This document shows, in pieces, positions 37,645 to 51,192 of a stretch of 64,000 nucleotides of DNA (within the stretch, counting starts at the first letter, position 1; the number at the start of each line of letters is the position of its first letter). The notes beneath the pieces were generated by a model. That model was given only the letters and a program-made list of their open reading frames with translations, did not search any database and was not told the DNA's origin. The position numbers and the translations under genes were made by a program. This DNA is from Eledone cirrhosa (taxonomy: Eukaryota). The DNA lies in NCBI GenBank assembly GCA_964016885.1, contig OZ024741.1:191518001-191582000 (forward strand), written 5' to 3'.

Positions 37645-37833
37645 GGGAGATGGTCGACTATGAGATGCAAGTGTACACTGGAGATGTGAAACATGCAGGA
37701 ACTGATGCCAATGTCCACATCAATATATTTGGGGAAGATGGAGAAACAGGCAGACAACCACTAAAACAGAGATTTAAGGATTTGTTTGAGAGAAACCAGA
37801 AAGATACATTCATTATAAAAAGTCTAGATTTAG
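37645..37833 (+). CDS. LOXHD1: LOXHD1-like exon, last PLAT (PLAT15) start
   Basis: ttcAG...AG|GTAAGT. Translates VDYEMQVYTGDVKHAGTDANVHINIFGEDGETGRQPLKQRFKDLFERNQKDTFIIKSLDL. Confidence 0.95.
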
Positions 37834-38730
37834 GTAAGTAGTTTTTCTTAATTTCTTGGCAAGTTTAAAATATATCCAATCTTTATGCAGGAAGCAACAT
37901 GGTTAAGACGTTTGTTTCACAATTATGAGATTCCAGGTTCATTCTCACTCTGTGGACAAGTTTTTTTTAATCAAACCTTGTGAGAGGTTTTTGAAATTAT
38001 GTGGAAGTCTAAAAATTAGTTTATTCAAATCTTTACTAATGGAGAGATAATTGTGAAAGTCATAGTTCTGTTTGATACCTTTTTAAGAATGCCCTCATGG
38101 ATGCCATTTCATGTGCTGAGAAACTGGTTATTGATGATAAAATTTAATTAATTAAAATTTATGCATTCAAATTTAGCAATTTAATTAACAAACATTGATA
38201 AAGTATCATTTCAATTTATATTCAGAGATGTAATTTCTAACTGAATTAAAAATATTTAACACTATCTTCCTTCCACTCTACATTCCAGACAAGGCACTGG
38301 AATTTTTGTCCAGGCTAGAATATCACACCATATATATTATTAACTCTATTACTGTAGCCTTCATAACTCATTTATTTGGTACAAATGTTATGGATTGTCC
38401 TTTGTTAAACTTTATAATCCAACTAGCAGAGAAATAACAAACATAAAATGGAATAGTTCAACTACAAATAGTACCCTTAACATCATTTATGACCATATCT
38501 CTAATGAAATACTACATTACTACATTTGTTCTGACTCAACATTCTATTAAATTCACCTTTCATCCTTCTGGAGTTGATAAAATAAAGTGAGGTTGATGTA
38601 ATTGAATCTCCCTATATTTGCTAGCCTTGCACCTGAACTGGAAGTCAATGTATTTAACTTAATCAACTATTACTCAATATTTTCTATCACCTTAAAAAAA
38701 CAACCTATTCAATGGTCTTTTATTTTGCAG

Positions 38731-38909
38731 GCAAATTAACCAGTCTCTTTGTAGAACAGGATAGTTCAGGATTTCAATCTGGATGGTTTCTAGACTGTAT
38801 TGAGGTAATCAATAAAACTACACAGGAAAAATCAATATTTCCGTGTAAAACCTGGTTAGACAAGAAAACTGGAGCAACATCAATATATTTAAAGCCACAG
38901 AACAATTAG
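38731..38909 (+). CDS. LOXHD1: LOXHD1-like terminal coding exon with stop codon
   Basis: ttttgcAG acceptor. Translates KLTSLFVEQDSSGFQSGWFLDCIEV...IFPCKTWLDKKTG...PQNN*, TAG at 38907-38909. Confidence 0.95.
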
Positions 38910-39015
38910 CAACGAAGCAATGTCCGACCAATCAGCAATGAAGCAATGACAAGACAATTAGCAACGAAGCAAATACCCAACAATTAGCAACAAAGTAATG
39001 ACATAATTAGCAAGT
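38900..39015 (+). repeat. ~26-bp tandem repeat spanning the stop codon and proximal 3' UTR
   Basis: About five caattagcaacgaagcaa-like units. Confidence 0.75.
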
Positions 39016-39109
39016 GTTGAAAGCAAGACAGAACAGTGGAGCAACTGCGATATATTTTGAACCAGATTTATACAATCACAGAACAATGAACAAATGTTGA
39101 AATGTGCAG

Positions 39110-39200
39110 TAAAATAAAATATTCAAGCTATATTATATTTCATGTAATTTTTTTTTGTTTTCTAAATAAAGATTATTTAGAAAAACCTTTGAATAAATGC
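39110..39200 (+). promoter_or_regulatory. Candidate polyadenylation signals
   Basis: Three AATAAA hexamers about 200-290 nt after the stop. The region is AT-rich, so chance occurrence is possible. Confidence 0.4.
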
Positions 39201-39779
39201 TCAATCTGTTGATACAGCTTCTGTACTTTATCTAAAAACTAAATCCTTCAAAATTTCAGAAATTAGGGAATGTTAAAGAAAGAATTTAATGATTCCACCA
39301 GTCTTTCTTGTTTAAAAATATATAACTTCCATGAAATCTGCTTCTCTGGTTGTGTGCAATATCTCCCCCACAAGATCTGTCAGCCAATATCAAAGGGAAG
39401 ATGATTCTTGTAACAATGTGTAACTCATTTTTCCTTTGTGACCGTATATGATAATTTCCCTTAGTATTTGACACTACTTCCCAAAGCAAAATAATGAAAA
39501 TGAATAGTTTTTTAACAAAAACTGCTCGAAGTTTATAAATTAAGATAAAAGCATGACATTTTCAGTGAAGATTCCAAACTAAATTTTTTAAGAATATTGC
39601 AAAACGATTTCATTCTATTTACAGATTATTAATTAAAATAAACAATTTTATATAAAATGTAGGCAAAAACACGAAAAAAAAATTATTTTCTGTCAGTATC
39701 AACATATACATACATTTAAAGGGCTTGAAACAGTTAATACAAAGATTTGCATTGCTCACAGTCTGTTTTGGGGTCCATT

Positions 39780-40610
39780 TTAATATTTTATTTGAAACAT
39801 TGTTTGCAAGTTCTTTTTTTCTTTAAGTCTTCAGGCCAGTGCATGGCAGCCTGAACCTGGAAAACTTCTTCCAGGGTCATTTTCCTTTTATAGGAATAGA
39901 CCCCAATAAGTTGATGGGCCAGGTTCATTCATTTCCTTGCCTTTTCTAGACAGGAGTTTATGGTTTGGGGATTCTTTCATCAACACAAATAATGAACATA
40001 TAGCCACATCAACAAAATAGAATAAATACTTCAACCATTTATTCAACTTTCTTCCAAAGCAGTAGCTGGCTCTCAACTGGTCTGCATGGTCTACTCCATT
40101 CATGTGCTCCATATAGTCTGTTACTGCCCTCGGACAAGGCACAATGCAGTGTTCCCTGCTCTTTTATTTTTGCCAGACACTTATTAAATCATTGGGACTG
40201 GAATTTGTGGTCAACAGTGTCAGTCGTGCCACCAACAGCTTTTGGAATGATTTCCTATTTTTTCTTATTGTGCAGCAAGCATAGGTCTCATTCTATAAAA
40301 AGTTCCTGAAAGTGGTGAATTTTTTCCCCCATATGTCCTTTGTGAGGTCCTTCACGACTCTTTCTCCAAGTCCTTGTTCCATTTGATTTGGGACTTTCCC
40401 TGTTATGAACATGGAAGTTTTTACATAGCCGTTGTATGGATCAGCCCGCATCTACATTTTTATCCCATGCTTTGTAGGCTTCAGTGGAAGATATTGTTTG
40501 AAGCCAAGATGTCCAGTGCAAGCAATCATTACCTCATCAATCAATGTTTCAGTGTTGATTGTACTGTGACTTCAAGTTCCCACGTATCCTTTCAATAAAT
40601 AGCTGAAAAT
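39780..40610 (-). mobile_element. piggyBac-family transposase relic
   Basis: Contains PCPRAVTDYMEHMNGVDHADQL...RKLNKW and IDEVMIACTG..GFKQYLPLKPTKHGIK. Disrupted. Confidence 0.82.
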
Positions 40611-41419
40611 GGACATGTTTATATACATATGTTTACAGGTATATTTATATATACACACACACATGTCTACCAAGACAACACAGATACTTGTAACGGAATT
40701 TCACAAAGTTTAGGTTTTCATTCTACCTTTACTTCGTTATTTTTCCTTATCAATGTTTTATTATGAAGTTGTGAATGTAATTATGGCGAATACATTGATG
40801 TTTCATTGTCGGGTGTTATTAATTGTTCAAGATATTTTTACCTGGTAGACTTGAAGTCCTCTGTATGTCCCCTTGACTGTAAAATTGATCTGCAATTTTA
40901 TTCCAGTGACCATCAATAATGACAGCAATAGTATTGAATGTATTTAAGTTTTAGAGACTAGGTTTGATATGCAGAAATTACCAGGATAACTGGATACAGG
41001 AAGAATCATCTCCAAATTTAGAAATTCATATTTTCATAAATAAGTTATTTACATAAGAGAAACCCTATAGTTTATGTTGATTACTGACACATAGAAATGA
41101 TTAAAGGTGAAAATGATATTTTGATAATATATTTCTAGAATACAATTACATAAATGTTCAGCATATATGGACATACAGGGATAAATGTATGAGTAACTTT
41201 GGAGAAATAACTTTTTACAGGGACAAATGTAGGTTTAGAACCCAGGACCTTGTGGTTGGAAAGTAATACATGTGCATCTGTGTGTATAAATATACATTAT
41301 AGTGTAATATATATATATATAAACATATTATCTCAAGGAAGCCTGCTCAGTGCACTCTACATGTGAGTGGAGTTCCACTGAAGCATGTGGAGAGTATCTC
41401 GGGGCTGTGTTCATAAGTG

Positions 41420-41850
41420 ATAATAATAATGGTTTCTTATATAGGCACAAGGCCAGCAATTTTGGGGGAGGGGAAGTTGATTTGATCGACCCCAGTGCGT
41501 GACTGGTACGTTATTATATCGACTCCGAAAGGATGAAAGGTAAAGTTAACCTCGGCGGGATTTGAATTCAGATCATGAAGGGCCATAACTCTATGCTGCA
41601 AAGCATGGTGTCTGATACTCTAACGATACTGGCAAACCACCGCCCTTATAATAATAATTGTTTCTACTTTTAGCACAAGGCCAGCAATTACCCAGTGCAT
41701 TACTGGTAATTTATCAATTTTATCAACCCCGTAAGGAGGAAAAGCAAAGTTAACTTTGGCCGGATTTGAACTCAGATCATAAATGGACGTAACTCTATGC
41801 TGATAAAGCATGGTGTCCGACCCTCAACTGATACTGCCAATCCACTGCCC
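41420..41850 (-). mobile_element. Two tandem family-1 SINEs
   Basis: Reverse-complement copies at about 41420-41645 (longer variant) and 41650-41850. Confidence 0.88.
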
Positions 41851-41859
41851 TCACTGACC

Positions 41860-44800
41860 TTATAATAATAAAATTATTGTGTACAGTGCTCAGATGCACT
41901 ACAACTCATCATGTATAGTACATAGAATAATGTACAAATGTCAGGGAAGTGAGCAGTGTATGAGTCATGTTATACATGTGTACATATGTATGGAGGGGGG
42001 GGGGGATATCAGGTGCAGTGTTGGCGAATTTCAGGAAGCATGGAGGTTTTAAAGGATGCAGTGTCTCGGCAGCTAACAACTGATGCAAGGTAGTTTGTTC
42101 CATGCTTCAGCAACTCTGAGCGTGAAAAAATGTTTCCGAAAGTCATGGAAGCTGTGCTGTTTTCTGACTTTGTAGGCATGCCCACGTGTGTTAGACACAT
42201 GGAATTCAAAAAGGTACTCAGGGTTGTTGTTGGCAAGATGGTTAATAATTTTGTGGGTGTTTACCAAGTCAGTTGTCAGATGTCGGAGCTTCAATGTATC
42301 CATGCCCAGGGAAGCAAGGCATTCAGAGTATGATAGATGCCTGATGGAGGGTATTCGCTTGGTTGCACGTCTCTGAACAGTTTCCAGGAGGCCAATGTTC
42401 TGAGCAAGATAGGGGTTCTAGACAGGTGATGCAAATTCTAAATCTGGTTGCACCATAGCTGTAGAGTGGCTGACAAAGGTCTTGCTGAGTGATGCCAAGA
42501 CACTCTCAGCCTTCTTGATAATTTTAGAGATGTGCTTTGTCCAACGCAAATCGCTGCTGACAGTAATGCCCGGGTCATATTCACAAGAAGACTTATTGAT
42601 ATTAGTGTTGTGGAGGGAGTATGTGGACGCTGGGCTTTTTCTCCCAAAATGCATGTTGGTACACTTGTCCACAGCCAGCTTGAGTTGCCAGTCCGTGATC
42701 CATTGCTGCATTGTGTCCAGGTCTGATTGCAGGAAAAATTATATAGTGTACAGCTTGATGTCATTTGCATACTTCAGTACTGTGGCATTCCTTAAGTTTG
42801 CATCTATATCATTAATATATGCAACAAACAAAAGGGGACCAAGAACAGGTCCCTGTGGTACACCAGATGACATCTCATAGTGTGAAGAATGCTATCCTGG
42901 AACCATGACTACCTTTCTTCGACTGAGAATGAAGGACTTCAACCAATTAAAAAGATCATCCTTCACACCCATTGCAGAGAGTTTTGCCATAAGTCTTTTG
43001 TGTGGCGCGGAATTGAAAGCTTTAGCAAAGTCAAGGTAAACAACATCCACCCATGAGCCGCCATCAGTGATACAGGTGATGTCTTCAAGAAACTTGATAA
43101 ATTGATCACAGCAGCGGGAGTTAGGGATAAATCTAAATTGTGAGGGCCAGATAAGACTGTGAGAGTTCCAGAAGTTCCAGAGTGTTTGTCTGACACAGGA
43201 TTCCATCAGTTTGACAATGCAGCTAGTAAGACTGACTTGACGATATTTGACAGGTGATGTACGGTCACCCTTTTTGAACAGAAGAATGACACTGGCAGTT
43301 TTCCACAGCTCCGGAGTAGCACTGTTGTTAAAACAGAATTGAAAGGAGAATGAAAGCTGGTGCAGAAGGAAGTACCCACCACATTTGAGAAGCAGGTACA
43401 TAACAAGATCAAGACCAGGAGAGGCATGGTTGCATTTATTCTTAAGGTGATGTTGTAGCATTGCAGGTATAAATTCCATAGTAGTTATAGAATTTGATGT
43501 CAGAGGTGGTGAAGATGGTACGTTTTGGTTTTCAACAGTGAAAATGCCTGCATAGCATTCAGCAATGAGTTCTGCGTATTCTTTGGGGTCGTCAGTAATC
43601 TGGCTTGTGTGGGGATTGCAAAGAGGACCAACTTGAGTGAGGTCTCTGCTTTGAATGTACATATTTCCAGAATGTACATATTTGGTTGTTATGCACAGTT
43701 AAAATTCAAGCACTGCCTTTTTTGTCACCTGCTTGAGATGGTTGGATGATTTATTTCGCTTTTTTCGAATGCTGCAGTCTCCCAAATTGCACTTTTGGGA
43801 TGGTTTTTCTGCTTACGTGGCACTGATGCTGCACAAGCTGTCCATATTGAGTTCAGGATGTTCTGAAGTATAGTCGTAAAATTCAAGCCAGTTTGGGCAT
43901 TGTAGCTTGGTGCAGTAAGAGTTCCAGTCTGCTTTATTCAAGTCAAAGAGAGCAGTTTAGAGATGGTTGTAGTTTTTGTTAGACAATAAAAACTCCAAGT
44001 AGCAGTGTTGACGTGGTCATACGTATATCGCAGAAAAATACTTCTTGTTGTGATTGGTTCAAATCAACACAAAGAATTGCTGAAAAGTTTGAATAAACGT
44101 AGACTATTACACCACCACGATTAATGCGGTCTTTACAAAACAAGTTGTAGCCAGCTATGCTGAAAACCCCATCACAAAGTAAAGAATGCGCCATGTTTCC
44201 ATGACTGTAATGAAATCAGGATCGATACTTTTGACGTAGGAATCAAAAAGATATATCTTGTTGCATTGACTATGAGCATTTAAGGACAGCCATTTATGCC
44301 TTGATTTTAGTTTATGATGATGTGCAGGAGATGACAGGTTGTTCTGATTTAGTTGCCCACATTTTTTCAGTTTGTCAGTTTTTTCATTGCCAGCTATTGT
44401 GGGTACAGTGTGTTCAGACCAGCTGGTATCTCTTTTCCATGTTTCACCAGCTTTAATAAACATCCATATCTGCCCATCTGCTGAAGCTTTCATGTTGTGC
44501 TGAGTTGTGATGTAAGGAAGCTGCAGCACATAGCTTTGGACGTACATTAGGTGGTAGGCCAGAGCATGTTCGGAAGGTAATCCGATTTTCATGCCTAGCC
44601 TTATTAGAGGCTAAAAGACATGAACGTGCCTCAGAAGAGTTTGAAAAAGACAGCCCAATTAGTCTGGGTTTTGGACCTGGTCGGCCAAGGCAGAGAACAC
44701 CATTTGGGGGAGGACAGCCTAGGTCTTTGGAAGAGCTGGCAGCAAATGCTGGAAGGTCAGCTATGTCCTCTGATTCACCAATGGCAATTTCTGTGTGGCT

Positions 44801-45240
44801 TTCTCAATGTGTCTAGATTTGGCAAGAGCTACAGGGAGATTTTTTTGCAAGGCACTCCAGTAAGATCCCTCCTTGTGAGGTTCTATATGAACGCTTGATT
44901 TGATTCCTGCTAGTTCTCAGTTTAAAGCAGAAATCATTTGTCGTATTTCCGCAAACTCTGTATTGATGGTCAATTTTTGTTGTTGTTGTTGTTTAGAAGT
45001 AACGAGAGAGGAAGACATGGGTTGCTGTTGTTGATTATGTCTTCCTGGTTGTCAGTTTTTGCCATTGTTCAGCAACAATGGTAGAAGACACGGTTGTCGG
45101 TTTTTGTTGTTATTGTTCAACATCAAATGGTAGAGGCAGACACACAGGCCAGGCACTGAAAGGACCAATTTGATAGCTGGACTATTTCCTAGAGTCCATC
45201 CATCATAGAAATATGGTGTCTTTTTTTCTAACCTGAGATC
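41860..45240 (-). mobile_element. Near full-length degenerate CR1-clade LINE
   Basis: APE motifs (LSLNAHS, ITVMETW, AGYNLFCKDR), RT motifs (YRQVSLTS, YLDFAKAF, SGVPQG.VLGPLLF, YANDIKL), C-terminal TRGHAYK...HFFTLRV...WNKLP, and an (ATT)n tail. The upstream part is probably ORF1. Confidence 0.88.
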
Positions 45241-45249
45241 TTTCAAAAG

Positions 45250-45552
45250 TTTGATGGAAGGCAGGAGGCTGAATTAAGTGCAAGAATTGCAGGAGCTGGT
45301 GCAGTAATGTATCAGCTTCAGCATTCGGTAATCAGAAAAAGGGAGGTAGGTGTAAAAGCCAAACTCAAACTCCTTATCTTCAATTCAGTATTAGTGCCAA
45401 CCCTTACCTATGGTCATGGTAATGACCGAAAGAATACAATTGCGAATAAAAGTGGCCGAAATGGGGGTTCCTCTGAAGGGTCTTTGGGGTAATGTGACTT
45501 GATAGTGTATAGCTTGGAGATCAGAGAGTCACTCTAGGTAGAGAGAGCCGCT
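45250..45552 (+). mobile_element. Small RTE-group LINE fragment
   Basis: Translates ELSARIAGAGAVM...KLLIFNSVLVPTLTYGH. Confidence 0.6.
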
Positions 45553-45571
45553 AGTATATATATATATATAT

Positions 45572-48345
45572 CATCATCATCATCATCATTTTACATCCGC
45601 TTTTCCCTGCTTCCAAGGGTGGGACGGGTCCTATTCAGCATAGCATCTCTCCACCCATCACGGTCCTTCATCATCTCCTCCGTGAGTTTCAGTGGTTTGA
45701 GGTCTGCTCTCACCTCCTCCGCCCATGTTTTTTGTGATCTACCTCGACTGCATCTTCCCTCTACTGGGATTTCTTGGCACTTCTTTACCCAGCGTTCATC
45801 CTCCATACGCATCATATGTCCATACTATCTCAGCCTTCTCTCCTGCACACCACAACTTATCCCTCTTATACCCAGTTTCTTTCTCAACTCGTCTATGCTT
45901 GGTCGTTCACGCACATTGACATTGCACATCCAGTGTAGCATACTTGCTTCATTTCTCTCCAACCATCACATATCTTCTGCAGTTGCTGCCCACGTCTCAC
46001 TATCATGCAGCATCGCACATCTCACACAGGCATCATATAACCGTCCTTTCGTACGCAGGGAGAAACCCTTCTTTGTCAACAGAGGAAGCAGCACACTAAA
46101 CTTCTTCCAACCCGTCCTTATTCTAGATTCTATGGCCTTGGAACACTTCCATGCTAATCTGATCACCTAAGTACCGGAAGCTATCAACCACTTCTATAGA
46201 ACCCACCTGCATTGGAAAAATGTGTCTATTACTGCAATTACTACTCCCAACTTTCCCTGTACATCTACTGCATATGTAGGTTTCCCTACCTGTTAGTTTG
46301 CCTGCTATCCCACTACATCTCTTATGTACCCAAGATCTGCATTGCGTACATTTTATGGAATTTATGCCAGTTCCTTTCCTACATATCGAACATGGCCATT
46401 TCCCTGATGGAATCATAGTATTGTCCTCTCTTCTACTTATCAAGACTTTTGTCTTAGTTATGTTCACTCTCAGGCCTCTTGATTCCAACTGCTGTTTCCA
46501 TAGCCAGAATTTATTCTCTAGCTCCTCTACTGATTCTGCTATAAGAACCAGATCATCAGCATAGAGAAGTTCCCATGGGCAGCCAGTCTTAAACTCCTCT
46601 GTTATGGCTTGGAGGACTATAATGAACAAGAGCGGGCTGAGGACCGAACCCTGATGTACTCCTACTTGTATCTGGAATTCCTCACTAAACTCCATTCCTA
46701 CCCTCACTTTACTGACAGCACCCCAGTACATAGCTTGCACTGTCCTCACAAGCCATTCCTCTACACCTAGTTTCCTTAGGGACCACCAGATGACAGATCG
46801 GGGTACCCTATCAAAGGCTTTCTCTAGGTCAACAAAAGCTAAGTATAGTGGCTTATTCTTCTCTAAGAACCTCTCTTGTAGTTGCCTCACTAAGAAGAGG
46901 GCATCTGTTGTACTTTTCTGAGGCACAAAACCAAACTGCATCTCATCTAATTTGACCCTTTTTCTAATCAGTTGCGCTAATATTCTTTCTGCCACTTTTA
47001 TAACCTGATCCATCAGCTTTATGCCCCCATAATGGCTCCTCTCTATAGCATCCCCTTTACTTTTGTAGCAATTTATGAGAATACTGCTGCACCAGTCTTT
47101 GGGTATGACACCACCATATATAGCTTGATTAATGATGTGTGCAACTAGTTTAGTGCCTACTTCTCCTGATGCTTTAAGCATCTCAGCAACTATCCCCCGA
47201 CGGTCCAGCAGCCTTTCCATTCTTTATTTCCTTAATTGCCTGATGTCTAGTACACCTGATGTCTAGCTACTCTCTTAGCGGCTGGGTATCCTTCTCTACT
47301 CCCACCGTTTTTCCAAGTCTTCCATGCCAGCCTTTTGTCTCAAATGGCCCTATCTACCATGCTGTTACACCACCAGGTCACTCTCTGTCTGGTTGAAGCT
47401 CTGCCCCAACCACAAGTTTCTTCAGTAGCCTGCAGTAAGTTGTCACGCAAGAGATTCCAGTTATCATCTATGTCATACAACTCTAAATCATCTTCTTTTT
47501 CGTCATACACATCTTGAAGGTCTTTGCTAAATTTATATTTTAATGAAAGGTCTTTTAGCTTCCAGATCTTTCTTTTCCACACCTTCCTGTATGTCTCATT
47601 CTTTCTCTTGCTTACTGAGATGTCACTAACGACTAACCTATGCTGTGGGGTACATTCTTCCCCGGGGTATGCCTTAGTATTTGACACCATCTGTCTGTCT
47701 CGCTGTCTAACTAGCAGGAAGTCAATCTGGCTTATGTGCTTGCCTGATTTGTAGGTTATTAGGTGGTTGGTAGGCTTCTGGAAGTTAGTGTTGCAAATAG
47801 TTAGTACATTTGCATCACAAAATTCAAGAAGCCTCACTCCTTCTTCATTTCTTGAGTCGTAACCGTGCCCGCCATGTACCCCAGTGTATCCACCCTGGAG
47901 CTGTCCAACATGTCCATTGAAGTCCTCCGCTAGCATAATGATGTCTCTGTCCTCTGTCATTGAGGCTGTTTGTAAAAGCAGTCTTTCTCTTCTTTACCTA
48001 GGCCTGCCTGGGGAGCATAGGCAGAGATGATTGTCAGTAGTCTCTTGCCTACAACTAACCTAAACTTAATTATTCTATTACTAACTCTAACTACCTCCAT
48101 TGTCTTATTGATCCATCTCTCAGCCCGTAATATGCCCATCCCACCTAACCCATCATCATTACCCACCCAGAAAAGCTTATAACTACGATGTTTGCCTGCG
48201 ATTAGTCTTGCAGAGGCACCTCTCCATATCACCTCTTGCACACAGAATACATCCACATGCCTTCTCTCCAGCATCTCCGCTATCTCACCAGATCTACCTG
48301 TTAGAGTGCCAACATTAAGTGTGGCAACTCTGAGATGCGACGTCT
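45572..48345 (-). mobile_element. RTE family A, nearly full ORF (APE-RT-PHD-C-terminus), disrupted
   Basis: Contains LRVATLNVGTLTGRS, CVQE, ISAYAPQ, DFNGHVG, SQIDFLL, QHRLV, the 365-aa RT ORF with LLYADDL, and a (GAT)n tail. Internal deletion near 47230-47300. Confidence 0.95.
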
Positions 48346-48364
48346 TATTCTTTTTCCTGTTGTA

Positions 48365-50850
48365 AAATGTAGTCTATAGCATAACATTTCTTATCCGTAC
48401 AGTGGGTTTTCTTAAAGGGGTATGTTTTGCTGATTAGGGATTTTATGGTAGTTTCTGGCTTTCTACCACTTTAATCTTTAGATGCGTCTTTCTTAGGACC
48501 TTTCTAAATCGATTAGCTAATTTCCCTCAGGGGTTCGTCCATGAACATGACACTCTGGTATCTCTGGTTGTTGTACCATGAAGTGGCTTTCCCTATCTTA
48601 TGTTTAGTCCTATCTATGCTATTCTCCTGTACAATGAGCAAATACCAAATGGGCAAATGTCCATTTCTATGAGGGTCTTATATTTTTCCATAGCTCCTTT
48701 GTACACTCTGATTCTGTTTCTTTGGTTGTAGCCAGAGAACTACATGCAATTGATGAAGTGTTGGATGTGTTTTTCCATTTCAGTTGGATCGCACATGTGG
48801 GACACATTCTTCATCACTCTTACCATGAGTTTTTGAGTATAAGGTATTTGGAGACCATGGGTTTAGCATAATGTGAGTGGAGAATTTGGGTTTTCTCATT
48901 TATAGTGTTTAACCAGTGTTCAGTGCCGAATACTGGTAGTCTATTGTTAGGGTGTTTGGAAGGGTAGTCAATAGTTACTGTTATACTCTGGTGTATGGAG
49001 TTAGCTATCTGCTGGATGCTCTCCATTGTGCTATTTTCTTATTCCTGTTCATTAGTACGCTCTTGTGGGGTGTTCTTATTACTATATTAATATCATCTAC
49101 GTACTGAGAGTACATGACGAGGGCTATGGAGTTCTCTTCTAGGAGTTCTCTGAGTCTCTTTTCCCACCATACCATAAATAGGTTGGCAACATCATCAGCT
49201 ATGCTGACGCCAATGGCTGCTCCCTCATTCTGGGTGTAGACTTTTTCATTAAATTTAAACATGTAGCCCTTTAGGGTAGTTTTAATACTAGCCCCTACTG
49301 CATGTGCAACCATTTTTCTCACCTAATCATTGTTTTTGGGTGTCCGTATGGCTTTGGTCCATCCATTCCATCTTTCTATGGGAGTCTTTTTAGTCATTGA
49401 AGTGATGGTGGGGTCTACCTCTTATTGGCCTGCAGGGGCAGAAACTGCTAAGGTCATAATTATTTAAGTATTCAGTGTCATAAGTAAGTCTAAGTAGGAA
49501 GCCCAGTTCATCTGTGTCAACGTCGCAGAACGCTACTTTAGTCTCCTTGATTATTTCCACACATTTTTCCACAGCAAAATCAATGTCAATGGATGGGTAC
49601 AGGGATACTACATCCATACTGCCTATTATGTAGTTTGTTATGTTTTAGTTGTTGTTGCATTCATTGATTCTGCTGAGGAGGTCCTCCGTGTTGTCACATA
49701 TATCTGGGGACATTTTAATTATGATGCGTATAATCATAGAGAAGAAGTAGAAGATCCTGTAATTACTGGCAATATTGGCTCCGCATACAGGTCTTGTTGG
49801 TGGTCCTGTCATAGGGTTGTTAGTTGTTTTATGGTCTTTGCGGAGCCTATACAAGGGTGGTATATCCTTGTTAGAGGCTTGGAAATTATTGGCTGTGCGT
49901 CTACTTGGTTTTATGATGTCGGTCCACATCATCATGTGAGCATTGAGGATCTTTTCTCTTTCCTTGTGGTGTTTGTGGTGTTTGACATCCTACCGGATTT
50001 GTCTGTAGGTAGACACATACCTCACCATCCCTTGTGCACTGCAAGAGGCTAAGTAGGCCTTCTGCAGGTTTTCTTCCAAGTTGTTGGATTTATGGTCTGC
50101 TTTGTCTCCTAGTATATTGATCTACTACCTGTCTCAGTTTATTTCTAGCTATAGTAAACTGTGCCTCTGTTTGGTCATCTATTTGTTGTGGTATAAAAAC
50201 CCTTCTATTAAAGGGTAATTTAGTGAGGTGAATTTTGTTAATCTTGTATGTTTTGTCAGTTGGGATGAAGAACAGGTTCTCTAAGGGGTTGTCATTAAAT
50301 CTACTGTTATAGTTGTGTGTTATTATAGTTGTTGTTGTTTTTCCTACTGTTAACGTTATTGTTATTTCTGTTACATGTATTGTTGTTATGTCTATTGTTG
50401 TTGTTCTCTCTATTGTTATCGTTGCTGCTACTTCTATTTCTACTACTGTGGTTGTTACATTTATTGCTGTTATTATAGTTATTGTAGTTGTTCTTTCTAT
50501 TGTTATCATTGCTGTTCCTGCTATTTCTATTATTAATATTTCTATCTCTCCTGCTGTCCCTGTTGTTGTTATTGTTATAACTATTATTATTATAGCCGTT
50601 ATTTCTATAGTTGAAGTTATTGTTTGTTACCACTTTTGTTATTATTATTGCTGTTCATATTGTTGTTATTTATGTTCGTATTCCAATGGATTTTAGTGAA
50701 GGACTTTTCAATTTCCGACAGGCATCGTATTAGGTTTACCTTGCTATATATAGTGAACTTTGGTGGTGTAGCAAGCAATGGCACTATTTCATCGCTGCGG
50801 AGTAATTTGGTCATACTTTGTCACTTGCCAGCCCTTAGGGTTGGTGGCGT
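48365..50850 (-). mobile_element. Second, unrelated Penelope-like element, truncated before the GIY-YIG domain
   Basis: Contains PPLYRLRKDHK, PTRPVCGA, MDVVSLYPSI, YTQNEGAAIG, YVDDI, IDYPSKHPNNRLP, HYAKPM and TPEGKLA...KVVE...PF...C-x4-C. Confidence 0.82.
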
Positions 50851-51119
50851 ATGAATACAAAAGACGACGTCCGCCCAGCAGTTGCTTCGCGCCTTTTTTC
50901 AGTTCTAGCTACCAATTCCACCTAGACTTTCGTTAACACCAGCAGCTCACAAATGGCTTCCCGGTCAAGGCACCATCTTTCAAAACTAGCTAGCAGTTAC
51001 GTCCGGGATTTTCTACTAAACAGTACTATGTAACTCGTTTCACGATTTTCTTAGTAGAATTACATTTATCGTTCAACTTGATTATGCGATATGTTGCAGT
51101 TCTTCACTCACCTTGTACT

Positions 51120-51192
51120 TGTATTATAATAATGAAATAATAATAATGAAAATATTGTGTACAGTGCTCAGGTGCACTACAACTCATCAAAC
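51120..51192 (-). mobile_element. CR1 3' tail fragment
   Basis: tgtgtacagtgctcaggtgcactacaactcatc matches 41878-41910. Confidence 0.7.

Noticed and set aside
46123-47220. 365-aa RT ORF as an active or domesticated gene
   Set aside because: It is frameshifted at both ends and part of a disrupted multi-copy RTE with an internal deletion.
50090-50696. Thr/Ile-rich mucin-like and Val/Ile-rich membrane-like ORFs
   Set aside because: These are alternative frames and the antisense reading of the Asn-rich tract in the Penelope-like element.
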